A DNA stretch of 64,000 bases from the IMG/VR virus record IMGVR_UViG_3300005613_000011, positions 49,267 through 113,266 of that record; one strand, written 5' to 3'. The stretch is from a virus. The first letter of the stretch is position 1; every line of letters starts with the position of its first letter. The notes beneath the pieces were generated by a model. That model was not told the DNA's origin, did not search any database, and saw only the letters and a program-made list of their open reading frames with translations. Shown here in pieces: positions 48,585 through 57,817 of this stretch. Both the position numbers and the translations under genes were made by a program.

Positions 48585-48932
48585 ATGATCGAAGACAGTA
48601 CTGAAAAAGTTCCTTATGTTAATTCAGATGACCCAACATTGCTTCTTATAAAAGGAAGCATACAAGACAGGGAAGAAGCAAAAAAGTATGTGAAACGAAC
48701 AGCCAATGCTGTTTTTCAAGTTATACAGAAACATAGCGTGGCTCATCTGAGATGTGTTGGAGCTGCTTCTCTTAATAATGCTGTGAAAAGCCTTATTATA
48801 GCTAGTGGCGATGCGAAGACTAAAGGTATGGATTTAGTCGCTTCCCCAAGTTTTCAAACAGTTACTTTCGGTGAAACCGGAGAAAAAACATCTATCGTAC
48901 TTAAAGTTTTCGATCTGGGCGAAGATAACTAA
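48585..48932 (+). CDS. spoVS: Stage V sporulation protein S-like (Alba fold)
   Basis: VGAASLNNAVKSLIIA...GMDL...PSF..V....EKTSIVL matches the SpoVS pattern. Confidence 0.8.
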   Translation: MIEDSTEKVPYVNSDDPTLLLIKGSIQDREEAKKYVKRTANAVFQVIQKHSVAHLRCVGAASLNNAVKSLIIASGDAKTKGMDLVASPSFQTVTFGETGEKTSIVLKVFDLGEDN

Positions 48933-48947
48933 CACAGGAGAAATATT

Positions 48948-49535
48948 ATGGATAGCAAAACCATTGCTACTATTTTATCTAGTGGTAATGTAAAGCCTCT
49001 GGATTCAGAATTCGAAATTGAAGAATTGATTCTATCCGTTAACGGCATTAATGAAAAAATAAGCTGGTATAAAGAACTAAAGAAACAGAGGATGGAAAAA
49101 ATAACGAGCGAAATAGACAAATTGGAAGGTAGAAGAAATCTTTTGAAAGAGATAATTATATCTACTCTAAAAAAGAACGAAAAAACATCACTTAACTTTC
49201 CCGGCATAGGTAAAGTTGTTATGAAGAAGACTGAAGGCATTTGGAAAGTGGAAGATGAAGAATCTCTAATTAAATATCTTGAAAAAGAACTCGATAAAGA
49301 CGAGTTTGAAAAAGTTGTTAAAATTAAAGAATCTATCGTGAAAGCAGTTTTGGATAAGAAACTTGATATGTGGGAACAGTCTGGTTCTCTTCCAAGTTCT
49401 GTAGCTAAAGAAGAAGGGAAAGAGTCTGTTGCCGTGATTATAGACAAGGATTTCTCTGATAACAAGAAAATGCAGGAGATTATCCAGTCTGTAGAAAGTG
49501 TAGATGTTGAAGATATGGACGATCTGGAGATATGA
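48948..49535 (+). CDS. Gam/Gp157-like host-nuclease-inhibitor-type protein
   Basis: N-terminal coiled coil then KTSLNFPGIGKV...W.V.DEE...VK.KE...K..L. Confidence 0.55.
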   Translation: MDSKTIATILSSGNVKPLDSEFEIEELILSVNGINEKISWYKELKKQRMEKITSEIDKLEGRRNLLKEIIISTLKKNEKTSLNFPGIGKVVMKKTEGIWKVEDEESLIKYLEKELDKDEFEKVVKIKESIVKAVLDKKLDMWEQSGSLPSSVAKEEGKESVAVIIDKDFSDNKKMQEIIQSVESVDVEDMDDLEI

Positions 49536-50251
49536 AGAAGCATTTATTAGATATTTCTAAGGTCAAAAAGGCACATAATAAACTGAGGAACTTGTATAAT
49601 AAGATTCCAGAGACCATAGGTTGTATGGAAAATCTTGATAAGTGCAAAAGTTTTTGTTGCAATATCCAAACACCTCAAGTTCTTTATGTCGAGTTTTTAT
49701 ATACTTGGAATGATATCCTTGCGAATTGGTCACTCCAAGATATTTTGGACCTGATTAAATCTGCTGTTCGTTGCTATTTGAGCAATAATACAATTAAAGG
49801 GTGTATTTTTAGAAATAAAGATACCGGCTTATGCATGCAACACAAAACCAGATGTTTTAATTGCTATTGTTACGGCATAACCCCTAAAGAAGAGTTCGAT
49901 CTGCGTCTTGAAAAGTTTAAAAAAATATATGAAGATAAAAATGTTGTGTTCCACGATCAATGTTCGTTGGTTAAAACAAAAAATGGTGAAGAGGTTACTA
50001 GTGAAGATTTGGATGGTTGGTGGGATGATCTTGTAAAAATTGAGCATTCTATAGGTATAGAAAAAAATCTTATTAATGATGGACCTGATGGATCATACAG
50101 GACTTATCACGATCATCTTGTATTACATTTGTTGCCTGATGTCGTTATAAACCAGATGACTATTATTAAGATGTCAATTGACGAAAGCGGGAAAGAGGCA
50201 TGTGTGCAGTCTTTAATTAATTGTCTTGCTAACAAGATAGAAATTATCTGA
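49532..50251 (+). CDS. YkgJ/FliB-like cysteine-cluster (putative Fe-S) protein
   Basis: C.....C...CC, CIF, C..H..R...C..YG. Confidence 0.65.
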   Translation: MKKHLLDISKVKKAHNKLRNLYNKIPETIGCMENLDKCKSFCCNIQTPQVLYVEFLYTWNDILANWSLQDILDLIKSAVRCYLSNNTIKGCIFRNKDTGLCMQHKTRCFNCYCYGITPKEEFDLRLEKFKKIYEDKNVVFHDQCSLVKTKNGEEVTSEDLDGWWDDLVKIEHSIGIEKNLINDGPDGSYRTYHDHLVLHLLPDVVINQMTIIKMSIDESGKEACVQSLINCLANKIEII

Positions 50252-51650
50252 AACTGAGCGAGAAAACTACAGTAATTTATTCCAAATAGATGATAGCGAA
50301 AAACAAAAAATAATTTATAAATAAAGAAGGATTTGGTAAATTGTGAGTGTATAATATAAGTATGCTTAAGTGTCTTAAACTACAAATAAGAAATCCTAAA
50401 CCAATACTAGAAGAACTAGGAAGAATAACTACAGGTCTATATAACACAGCTAACTACGAACGAAGACAACAATGGAAAGAAACAGGTAAAATCCCGAACT
50501 ATGTAGATCAATATAGAAGCTTAAAAGACAATCATCTTTATAAACTATTACATTCTCAAGTAGCACAACAAACCCTTAAAGAAGTTGATAAAGCATATAG
50601 ATCTTGGTATTCACTCAGAAAAAAAGATGAAAGAACTAAACCTCCTAGATTTCGTAAACCAGATACACCTAAGTCTATTTGGTTTACACCTGCTTCCTTT
50701 AAAGTAGTAAATAATAAAGAAATCAGATTATCTGTTGGAAATCTAAGAAAAGATAAACCGTTTGAATATATCAAAGTGAGTTTTGATTCAAGGTATAATA
50801 TTAAAGAACTAAGAGTGAAGATGATAAATGTTGTTTTTGAAGATAATAAAGTCTTTGCTTGTCTTTGTTGTGAGTTTAAGGAACCAGAATTGCAAGAATC
50901 AAAAGGCATTATTGCAATAGATTTAGGTATTAATAATTTAGTAGCTCTTACAGACGATCAAGGACATGAAGAAATAATTAGTGGTGGAGAGATACTTTCT
51001 CACCAAAGATATTTCAATAAGAAAGTAGGACAACTCCAGTCAAGATTAGATAAACCAAAATCAACTAAATGTATTAGAAGATTGAAACAAAAGCAGTCAA
51101 GACAGATAAAACACAAGTTGCATATTGTAACGAAGTATTTAGCAGAGAAAGCTAAACAGGAAAAGGCTAGTATTGTTATAGGAGACTTGAATGGATTAAG
51201 AAAAAACAAATCAAAGAAAAAGGTTGTTAATGAAGATGGTGAGACAAAGAATAAAAGACAGATTAATAAAAAAGCAGGACAGAAAATTCATAGCTGGTCA
51301 TACGCTACTTTCGCTTCGCTCCTTGACTATAAATGTAAGGAAAGAGGAGTAAAATTATTTAAAGTAAGCGAACGGTATACCAGTAGAAGGTGTTTTGCTT
51401 GTAGTAAGGTTAAAAGAAGTAACAGAGTAAAAAGAGGTTTATATAAATGTAGTTGTGGATATCAGTGTAATTCTGATATAAATGGAGCTAGAAATATTTT
51501 AGCTAACTTTACTACAAAAAACGTATCTCTTGTATCTAACAATATTAGAGTAGTTGCTACTGGCACTAGCCTATCTATACTAAGATTTCAGGAGACTGGA
51601 ATTTTAGCAGGCAGAGAATCTGCATGAATTTATTCATAGCAGAGTGTCAA
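50248..51650 (+). mobile_element. IS200/IS605-family (IS1341-type, tnpB-only) element
   Basis: TTAT at 50244-47 before a degenerate left end; right end GAAT-CTGCATGAAT-tt-ATTCATaGCAG-agtg-TCAA. Confidence 0.75.
50362..51627 (+). CDS. tnpB: TnpB RNA-guided nuclease
   Basis: LYNTA, AIDLG, IGDL, TSRRCFAC...CSC, SDINGARNI; likely start ATG 50362. Confidence 0.9.
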   Translation: MLKCLKLQIRNPKPILEELGRITTGLYNTANYERRQQWKETGKIPNYVDQYRSLKDNHLYKLLHSQVAQQTLKEVDKAYRSWYSLRKKDERTKPPRFRKPDTPKSIWFTPASFKVVNNKEIRLSVGNLRKDKPFEYIKVSFDSRYNIKELRVKMINVVFEDNKVFACLCCEFKEPELQESKGIIAIDLGINNLVALTDDQGHEEIISGGEILSHQRYFNKKVGQLQSRLDKPKSTKCIRRLKQKQSRQIKHKLHIVTKYLAEKAKQEKASIVIGDLNGLRKNKSKKKVVNEDGETKNKRQINKKAGQKIHSWSYATFASLLDYKCKERGVKLFKVSERYTSRRCFACSKVKRSNRVKRGLYKCSCGYQCNSDINGARNILANFTTKNVSLVSNNIRVVATGTSLSILRFQETGILAGRESA

Positions 51651-51664
51651 TCTTGGGAGTGATA

Positions 51665-52006
51665 ATGAGCGAGAAGAGAAGGATTAAAATTCTTGATACT
51701 GAATATAAAGAGGAAGAGAAATTAGTATACTGGCACATTGAAGTACTTGACGATAAAAGCAAGATAAAATTGGCTATGCGTGTCAAGGAATTGATGGATG
51801 GTTTTGGTATCGTTGGAAATGTAACTACTGAGCAGTTGTTGAAATTTCTTGATGATATAAAAGGAAAAGAGTTAGATTGGGTTTTTGAGGTAAGATCCAG
51901 TAATTTGCCGGATAAGGTTACTGAAGATAATGCTGGTAGTGTTGCTAGTGTTATAGACGGAGATCCTTATCCGGAAGTTTTTAGAGCGGAAACAAAAGAC
52001 TTGTGA
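51665..52006 (+). CDS. Hypothetical protein
   Basis: GGGAGTG RBS before the internal ATG (MSEKRR). Confidence 0.55.
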   Translation: MSEKRRIKILDTEYKEEEKLVYWHIEVLDDKSKIKLAMRVKELMDGFGIVGNVTTEQLLKFLDDIKGKELDWVFEVRSSNLPDKVTEDNAGSVASVIDGDPYPEVFRAETKDL

Positions 52007-52365
52007 AATTATTATTTTTTGGTAGTGAAGAGTGTGATTCATGTGATAAATGGCTTACTGCGTTTAAGGCCGAACAATTTCCGTCTTTTGTCCCTGGAGA
52101 AAAGAATACAAATATAGAATTTATTTATATAGACGCTTTTGCAGATGAACAGCAGAAGTTTTGTGACAATCATGAGGTTGACGAGATTCCTCATATCAAG
52201 GTCTACGATTCTAATAATCGTATCATTTTCAATAAGATAGGGTTTTTCCATCCGAAAGGTTTGTGGAAAATATTTTATTCTTCTGTTCCGATAAGAAAAA
52301 AGGCAAAGGCGATTTTCTCAGGATCTCGCAAAGTATCTGCTTTTAATCTTTCGAAAAATAAGTGA
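52003..52365 (+). CDS. Thioredoxin-fold protein
   Basis: CDSC near the N-terminus; cis-Pro motif VDEIP. Confidence 0.75.
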   Translation: MKLLFFGSEECDSCDKWLTAFKAEQFPSFVPGEKNTNIEFIYIDAFADEQQKFCDNHEVDEIPHIKVYDSNNRIIFNKIGFFHPKGLWKIFYSSVPIRKKAKAIFSGSRKVSAFNLSKNK

Positions 52366-53087
52366 TCAGAACAGAAATCAAATTAAAACCATATACTTTA
52401 TTAAAAGATAAACACATTGGTGAGTCTTGTTTTGTTGTAGCTTCTGGTACAAGTCTACATAGATTGGATATTTCTGGCATTCACAATCATGTTGTTATAT
52501 GTGTTAATGCTGGCATTTTATTAATGAATTGGGAAAAAGGTAAGCCAGACAAAAGATATTGGATCTCTAATGATGCGTTTTGTAGGCAGTGGAGCTATTG
52601 GAAAAATGTGATTGAGGCAAGGGCTAACAAAATTGTTAGAGACAGTTGGAGAAGATATTTCAGAGAGCTTAAAGGATTTTATGTATTTTCGCCCCGGCCA
52701 ACGGATGAAAATAAGGTTAATCCGGAAGATACTGGTCTTTGTCATTGTTCCAGCGTTCCTACCGCTGTAGATTTGGCCTTACAAATGGGGTGTAAGAAAA
52801 TTTGTCTTCTAGGGGTTGACCAGTATATACGAAAGTATGGTAGGCGTTATTTTTGGGAGCATTGGCCTAAGAGGGAACGCCCACGTTTCCAAAAGATGAT
52901 GCATTCTATATTTCATCAAAGCAAAACATTTATTTTAAATAATAAAGTGTACAAGCAATTGAAAATTTTTGCCGATTATAAAAAAGCAGTTATATATAAC
53001 TGTAATTTATCTAGTAAAATAGATATATTTGAAAAATTAGAATTAAATAAATTATTAGATTTAGCAAACTATGAAAATAGTGTTTAA
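52362..53087 (+). CDS. Maf/DUF115/GT29-like putative nonulosonate (sialyl)transferase
   Basis: CFVVASGTSL, VICVN, SV..AVDLALQMGCKKICLLGVD, IYNC. Confidence 0.65.
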   Translation: MIRTEIKLKPYTLLKDKHIGESCFVVASGTSLHRLDISGIHNHVVICVNAGILLMNWEKGKPDKRYWISNDAFCRQWSYWKNVIEARANKIVRDSWRRYFRELKGFYVFSPRPTDENKVNPEDTGLCHCSSVPTAVDLALQMGCKKICLLGVDQYIRKYGRRYFWEHWPKRERPRFQKMMHSIFHQSKTFILNNKVYKQLKIFADYKKAVIYNCNLSSKIDIFEKLELNKLLDLANYENSV

Positions 53088-53244
53088 AAATTCTCGTAAT
53101 AAATCTATTTGGTTAGAAGAGATTGGAGATTTGGGTGATTATGGTTTTTGTTCAACATGTTGGTCGATGAAAAGAATTTATTCAAATAATAGTGATAATA
53201 GATATTTAGTTAAGTCTTCTTGTTGGAATTCTTCTAGAAAATAA
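53071..53244 (+). CDS. Small Ser/Trp/Cys-rich hypothetical peptide (57 aa)
   Basis: Hand-translated MKIVFKNSRNKSIW...CSTCWS...SSCWNSSRK; fills the gap before neuA. Confidence 0.4.
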   Translation: MKIVFKNSRNKSIWLEEIGDLGDYGFCSTCWSMKRIYSNNSDNRYLVKSSCWNSSRK

Positions 53245-53251
53245 ATTATAA

Positions 53252-54028
53252 ATGATTAATAATAAAAAGATATTGTCTGTCGTGTTGGCTCGGGCTGGCA
53301 GTAAGGGTGTAAAAGGGAAAAATTATCGACCTCTTATAGGAGTTCCCCTTATTTGTTGGTCGATATGTTCATCTCTTCGTTCCAAATATGTTGATTTGAC
53401 TGTCGTAAGTTCTAATTGTAGATATATAAAAGATATTACATTTAATATTATTGATAAGTTGAAGAAAAACGAAGTAAACGAACCAAGGATATTTTTTGAT
53501 TTGATTAAGTCACGTAACCTGGAATTTATACAACGACCAGATGAATATGCGACAGATATTAGCAAGAACGAAGAAGCATTAAAGCATGCTTACGAGTATT
53601 CTAAAAGGCAATTTAATTTTGATGCAGATATTATAGTGAACTTACAACCCACTTCACCTATTCGTGATACTAGAGATAGTGTTTTACTGGATGACTGTCT
53701 TGAAAAAATGGAAAATGAAAAAGCAGATAGTTTGTTTGCTGTAAAGAAATGTACTCCATTTTTTGTTCATGAAGAGCATGGCGAATATATAATGAATAAT
53801 AAAACGCTTCTAAAGAATCGTCCTATGAGGCAGGAACTTAATTTACAGGACTGGTTTTTACACGATTGTGGGAACGTATATTTAACGAATAGTTCTATTT
53901 TGCTATCTGAGAATAATCGTATTGGCCCAAATTTTACTGTTTTTGTGCTTGATCAAAAAAGATCTCTTCAAATAGATAGTGAACTTGATTTTATGATAAT
54001 AGAAGAAGTGATGAAAGAATTCTTATAG
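53252..54028 (+). CDS. neuA: Acylneuraminate (CMP-nonulosonate) cytidylyltransferase
   Basis: ARAGSKGVKGKN, QRP...ATD, LQPTSPIR, SLQIDSELDF. Confidence 0.92.
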   Translation: MINNKKILSVVLARAGSKGVKGKNYRPLIGVPLICWSICSSLRSKYVDLTVVSSNCRYIKDITFNIIDKLKKNEVNEPRIFFDLIKSRNLEFIQRPDEYATDISKNEEALKHAYEYSKRQFNFDADIIVNLQPTSPIRDTRDSVLLDDCLEKMENEKADSLFAVKKCTPFFVHEEHGEYIMNNKTLLKNRPMRQELNLQDWFLHDCGNVYLTNSSILLSENNRIGPNFTVFVLDQKRSLQIDSELDFMIIEEVMKEFL

Positions 54029-54089
54029 TGAATTAATTTTCAATTTTTTCCTGTTTTTTATTTCTCCGTCTGTCAGATTCTTATTTTTA

Positions 54090-54486
54090 AAAGCGAGTGA
54101 TTTTTGTATTCCAATAAAAATAGCAAAAAAATATGGTTTCTTTTTTACCGGCAAAAAATATAATAGTCAACCATATCCAAAGAAAAGTATAATAAAAAAT
54201 ATAAATTTTTTAATTGGTATGATTAATTCTGATGGTTTTGCTGCTTATAAGAAAACAGGGTATTCGTATTTACAAAGCGTTGCCGTAAAGCCCAAGTGCT
54301 TTAGCTTTGGGATATAAGGCAACAAATTCAAATAGTAGTCAATGCCATTGCCTTGATAGTAAGTATAACAGTAAAAATTCTAGAGAAAAAATAAGATATG
54401 ATGTATTTATATCTAGTGAACGTCAGAGAGTAAAAATAGAGACTTTTGGTATTTTCCCAATAAAAAAAGCAAAATTTTCTAAATAA
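54090..54486 (+). pseudogene. Degraded LAGLIDADG endonuclease fragment interrupted by an IS605-type end
   Basis: Frame at 54201 reads INFLIGMINSDG (LAGLIDADG-like); no start codon; interrupted at TTAC 54270-73. Confidence 0.45.
54274..54342 (+). mobile_element. IS608-like left-end remnant
   Basis: TTAC + 13 nt + AAAG-CCCAAG-tgctttag-CTTTGGG hairpin; TCAA at 54339-42. Confidence 0.55.
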
Positions 54487-55356
54487 TTATTTTCTTAGTT
54501 TATTTTTTTGTTCAAGTTCTATATTGTCTATTGTATTTGGTTTGTATTTAAAGGCCGCTTCTAATGCTTTTAGGTTTCTAATTAACTTTCTTAATCCTTG
54601 TGGTTCAAGAGAACATGAGCTATCAGAGTGTGGAAATAACCTATTATCAATAAAATGGCGTTCAAAATATCTTGCTCCAAGAACATATGCTGCTGGTTCC
54701 ATAGCAATACCATATCCATGATTGGAAAATCCTAATTTTATTAATTTATTGTGTTTAAATTTGAAATACATTAATATTTTTTCAATTTCTTTTATATAAA
54801 GTTTATTAAATGGTACAGGATAGCCACTAGTACAATGGTATACTATTGTACGTTTTAAATTTTTATCTTTTTCTATTATATGATGAAATAAGGATTTTCT
54901 TTCAGATTTTGTGGTCATACCAGTTGATATATGAAGATCACAATCACTGTTATTATATACATAATCTATTAAGTTGAATTTGTGGTTACATGCACTAGGT
55001 ATTTTAATAAAATTTGGTTGTAATTCAATAATTTCCTTCGTTGACGTTATGTCCCATACAGATGTGCTGTATATAATGTTTATTTTTTCACAATATTTTT
55101 TTAATTCTGCATGTTGGTCTATGGAAAATTCAAGATTTAATCTATGTTCGAGATATGTTTTTCCGTAGGAAAATTTTTGGTTTGGATGAGGTTTATCCCA
55201 CCATTCTTTTGGAACACTTTCGTAAGGATTTCTTTTTTGGAATTTTACTACATCTGCTCCTGTTTCTTTAGCTAGTTTAATAAGATCTTTTGCTCTATTG
55301 ATATCGCCTACAGGTGTACACCCGACTTCAGCCACAATTGATATCTTATTTTCCAT
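54487..55356 (-). CDS. neuB: N-acetylneuraminate/nonulosonate synthase, lacking the C-terminal SAF domain
   Basis: VAEVG, ADVVKFQKR, IKIPSA, ISTGM, HCTSGYP, GFSNH, ERHF, SDSSCSLEP. Confidence 0.92.
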   Translation of the reverse strand: MENKISIVAEVGCTPVGDINRAKDLIKLAKETGADVVKFQKRNPYESVPKEWWDKPHPNQKFSYGKTYLEHRLNLEFSIDQHAELKKYCEKINIIYSTSVWDITSTKEIIELQPNFIKIPSACNHKFNLIDYVYNNSDCDLHISTGMTTKSERKSLFHHIIEKDKNLKRTIVYHCTSGYPVPFNKLYIKEIEKILMYFKFKHNKLIKLGFSNHGYGIAMEPAAYVLGARYFERHFIDNRLFPHSDSSCSLEPQGLRKLIRNLKALEAAFKYKPNTIDNIELEQKNKLRK

Positions 55357-55410
55357 TTTGTTCTCCTATTTTTTATCGGTTTGTGATCAAATTTTCGATA
55401 TAATATAAGA

Positions 55411-55923
55411 ATGGAAAACAAGATAATAAAAGTAGCCTTTTTTGATCTTGACAGTACTTTAACCGATGGTATTTACCAGGTGTCTTCTGAAGGTATTGTT
55501 ACCAAGTCTTTTTATGCGAGAGATTTTTATGGGTTGTATAAGTTGCAAGATCTGGGAATTGATGTTTGTATACTAACTAATTCTAATGATGGGTGTATAC
55601 AAAAACAAAATGAAAAATTGCCAAAGGTCTTTAAAAGTAGACTTGTAGTGCGAGAGAATGTTAAAGATAAAAAGACATATATAGAAGCAGGTTTTAAGAA
55701 GTATAAAATCACTTTTGATAATGTCGTCTATATGGGGGATGATGAAAATGATTTAGACTGTATGAGATTATCTGGTATTACTGGTTGTCCTGTTGATGCT
55801 ATTGAAGAAATAAAAGCAGAATCTAATTTTATCTCTGACTATCCTGGCGGGAAAGGTGCTGTAAGAGATTTTGTAGAATATTTGATAGGATTATCTGATA
55901 AAGGGATTATTACTATAACATAA
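55411..55923 (+). CDS. KdsC-like HAD phosphatase (KDO-8-P/KDN-9-P phosphatase family)
   Basis: FDLDSTLTDG, F.ARD..G, KDK, YMGDDEND, GGKGAVRD. Confidence 0.88.
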   Translation: MENKIIKVAFFDLDSTLTDGIYQVSSEGIVTKSFYARDFYGLYKLQDLGIDVCILTNSNDGCIQKQNEKLPKVFKSRLVVRENVKDKKTYIEAGFKKYKITFDNVVYMGDDENDLDCMRLSGITGCPVDAIEEIKAESNFISDYPGGKGAVRDFVEYLIGLSDKGIITIT

Positions 55924-55987
55924 CAAGAAAGCCCACGACTTTAGTCGTGGGATGAATTGATAATTATTTTTTGTTTTTTTTTAAAGA

Positions 55988-56137
55988 AAAGGATATAGCT
56001 CAAGAATACTAAGAAAAGAATTTAAAGAGTTAAGGAAAATACCTACCCTCTGGACACGCTCTTATTATTGCGAATCTGTAAGACATATATCACAAGAAAC
56101 TGTTAAAAAATATATAGAAGACCAAAAAGGTAAATGA
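55988..56137 (+). pseudogene. tnpA: C-terminal fragment of TnpA (Y1 transposase)
   Basis: KGYSSRILRKEF...LWTRSYY...VKKYIEDQK; the HUH-containing N-terminus is missing; ATGA overlap with tnpB. Confidence 0.85.
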
Positions 56138-57297
56138 TAATCACCTACAAGTACAAATTATACACTAACAAAAAGAATAAATATCTTAACAATAAAATAG
56201 ATATTTCAGGTATAATTTGGAACCATTGTATAGCTCTACATAAAAGATATTATAAAATATATAACAAGTATCTTAATCCTTATCAACTTCAAAAACACAT
56301 AACTAAACTCAAGAAATTAGATAAATATAAGTTCTGGAGATTAGTTAATTCACAAACTATACAAGATATCACAGAAAGAGCTGATAAGTCTTACAAACAG
56401 TTCTTCAGCAAGATTAAGAAGAAACAAAAAGCAAGACCTCCTAAATTTCAGAAAGTTAAGAAATATAAATCTATCACTTTTAAACAAACAGGTTATGAAC
56501 TGTTAGAAGATAATAAAATCAGAATACAAAATAGAACTTTCAAATATTCTAAGAGTAGAATAGCAGAAGGTGATATCAAGACATTAATAATTAAACGTAC
56601 TGATTCAGGTATCTATTTCTACGTTGTGTTTGATAAGAAATTAAAGGCTCCTACAAAAGATTTCAAGTTGGGTAAAATCACAGGGATCGATGTAGGATTA
56701 AAGACTTTTCTAACTTTATCGAACGGTAACAGAGAAGAGTCTCCTGAGTTTTTTAAGTCTAAACTGAAGATGATCAAACGATTACACAAGAAGTTATCTA
56801 GTAAGAAGAAAGGTTCTAATAGAAAGGAAAAGGCCAGAATCAATCTTTCTAAAGAATATGAGAAGATCGCTAACAAAAGAAAAGATTATTTCTTTAAATT
56901 AGCTAATGATCTGACTAAAGAATATTCTTATATCTTTATTGAAGATTTAGATGTTGAATTATGGAAAAAGAAATGGGGAAGAAAAACCTCAGATATTGCT
57001 ATTAGTGAATTCTTTAGAATCTTAGAATATCAAGGGAAGAAAAACGGTTGTATAGTTTATAAGATTAATAGATTCTTTCCTAGTTCTAAATTGTGTAATA
57101 AGTGCGGTTGGAAGAATGATTATTTAGCATTAAAAGACAGAATTTTTAAATGTAAAATCTGTGGTAATAAAATTGACAGAGATTTGAATGCTAGTATAAA
57201 TATAAAAAGAGAAGGGGCATCTTCTCTTAGATTAGACAGTGTAAATCTTTCGTTAGAAAGTAATTGTTGTTTGACTCTAGAATCCCACGTACTTTAG
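56134..57297 (+). CDS. tnpB: TnpB RNA-guided nuclease, catalytic D/E/D intact
   Basis: TYKYKLY, GIDVG, IEDL, PSSKLCNKC...CKIC, DRDLNA. Confidence 0.93.
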   Translation: MIITYKYKLYTNKKNKYLNNKIDISGIIWNHCIALHKRYYKIYNKYLNPYQLQKHITKLKKLDKYKFWRLVNSQTIQDITERADKSYKQFFSKIKKKQKARPPKFQKVKKYKSITFKQTGYELLEDNKIRIQNRTFKYSKSRIAEGDIKTLIIKRTDSGIYFYVVFDKKLKAPTKDFKLGKITGIDVGLKTFLTLSNGNREESPEFFKSKLKMIKRLHKKLSSKKKGSNRKEKARINLSKEYEKIANKRKDYFFKLANDLTKEYSYIFIEDLDVELWKKKWGRKTSDIAISEFFRILEYQGKKNGCIVYKINRFFPSSKLCNKCGWKNDYLALKDRIFKCKICGNKIDRDLNASINIKREGASSLRLDSVNLSLESNCCLTLESHVL

Positions 57298-57328
57298 TCG
57301 TGGGAGTATGTCAAATTAGGAGAAAATA

Positions 57329-57799
57329 ATGACTGTTAATATGACAAAGAAAAAAGTAGATGCCAAGAGACTTGGCGATGTTGAAAGCGTAAAGAATATG
57401 CAAAGAAAATTTGCTGCTGCTGCAAGATATAATCACGTTAGGGTACAGTTTCCAAGCGGAGAAGAAAAACATTTGCTTTTTACAGACTGGCAAATTAAAA
57501 GAGGATTGGAAAGGGCTAGGAAAAATCCAGAAGATCTTCCGAAAGTGACTTGGATCCGTGATATGATTGATGAGGTAAAAATATTTGATACTCAACGTTT
57601 GGCCGATTTGCAGGAAGTAATAAATAGCAATAATCTTCCTGTAGCTGCGAAGAAATATAATCATATAAGAGTTGTAATGGACGGAGAAGAACATCATTTA
57701 TTATTTACTGATAATGATATAATTGTTGCTCTTGAAAGAGCAGATAAGAATCCAGAGGACTTGCCGAAAGTCTCATGGTTGAAAGATATATTTGACTAG
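57329..57799 (+). CDS. Hypothetical protein made of two tandem ~70-aa repeats
   Basis: YNH.RV...GEE.HLLFTD..I...LERA.KNPEDLPKV.W..D..D occurs twice. Confidence 0.75.
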   Translation: MTVNMTKKKVDAKRLGDVESVKNMQRKFAAAARYNHVRVQFPSGEEKHLLFTDWQIKRGLERARKNPEDLPKVTWIRDMIDEVKIFDTQRLADLQEVINSNNLPVAAKKYNHIRVVMDGEEHHLLFTDNDIIVALERADKNPEDLPKVSWLKDIFD

Positions 57800-57817
57800 A
57801 CGAAAGGAAGGTGTATC

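Larger units (their letters stand above)
55914..57314 (+). mobile_element. IS605-family element (truncated tnpA plus intact tnpB)
   Basis: Inserted after TTAC (55910-13); left end AAAG-CCCACGACT-tt-AGTCGTGGG; right end GAAT-CCCACG...CGTGGG-agtatg-TCAA. Confidence 0.9.
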
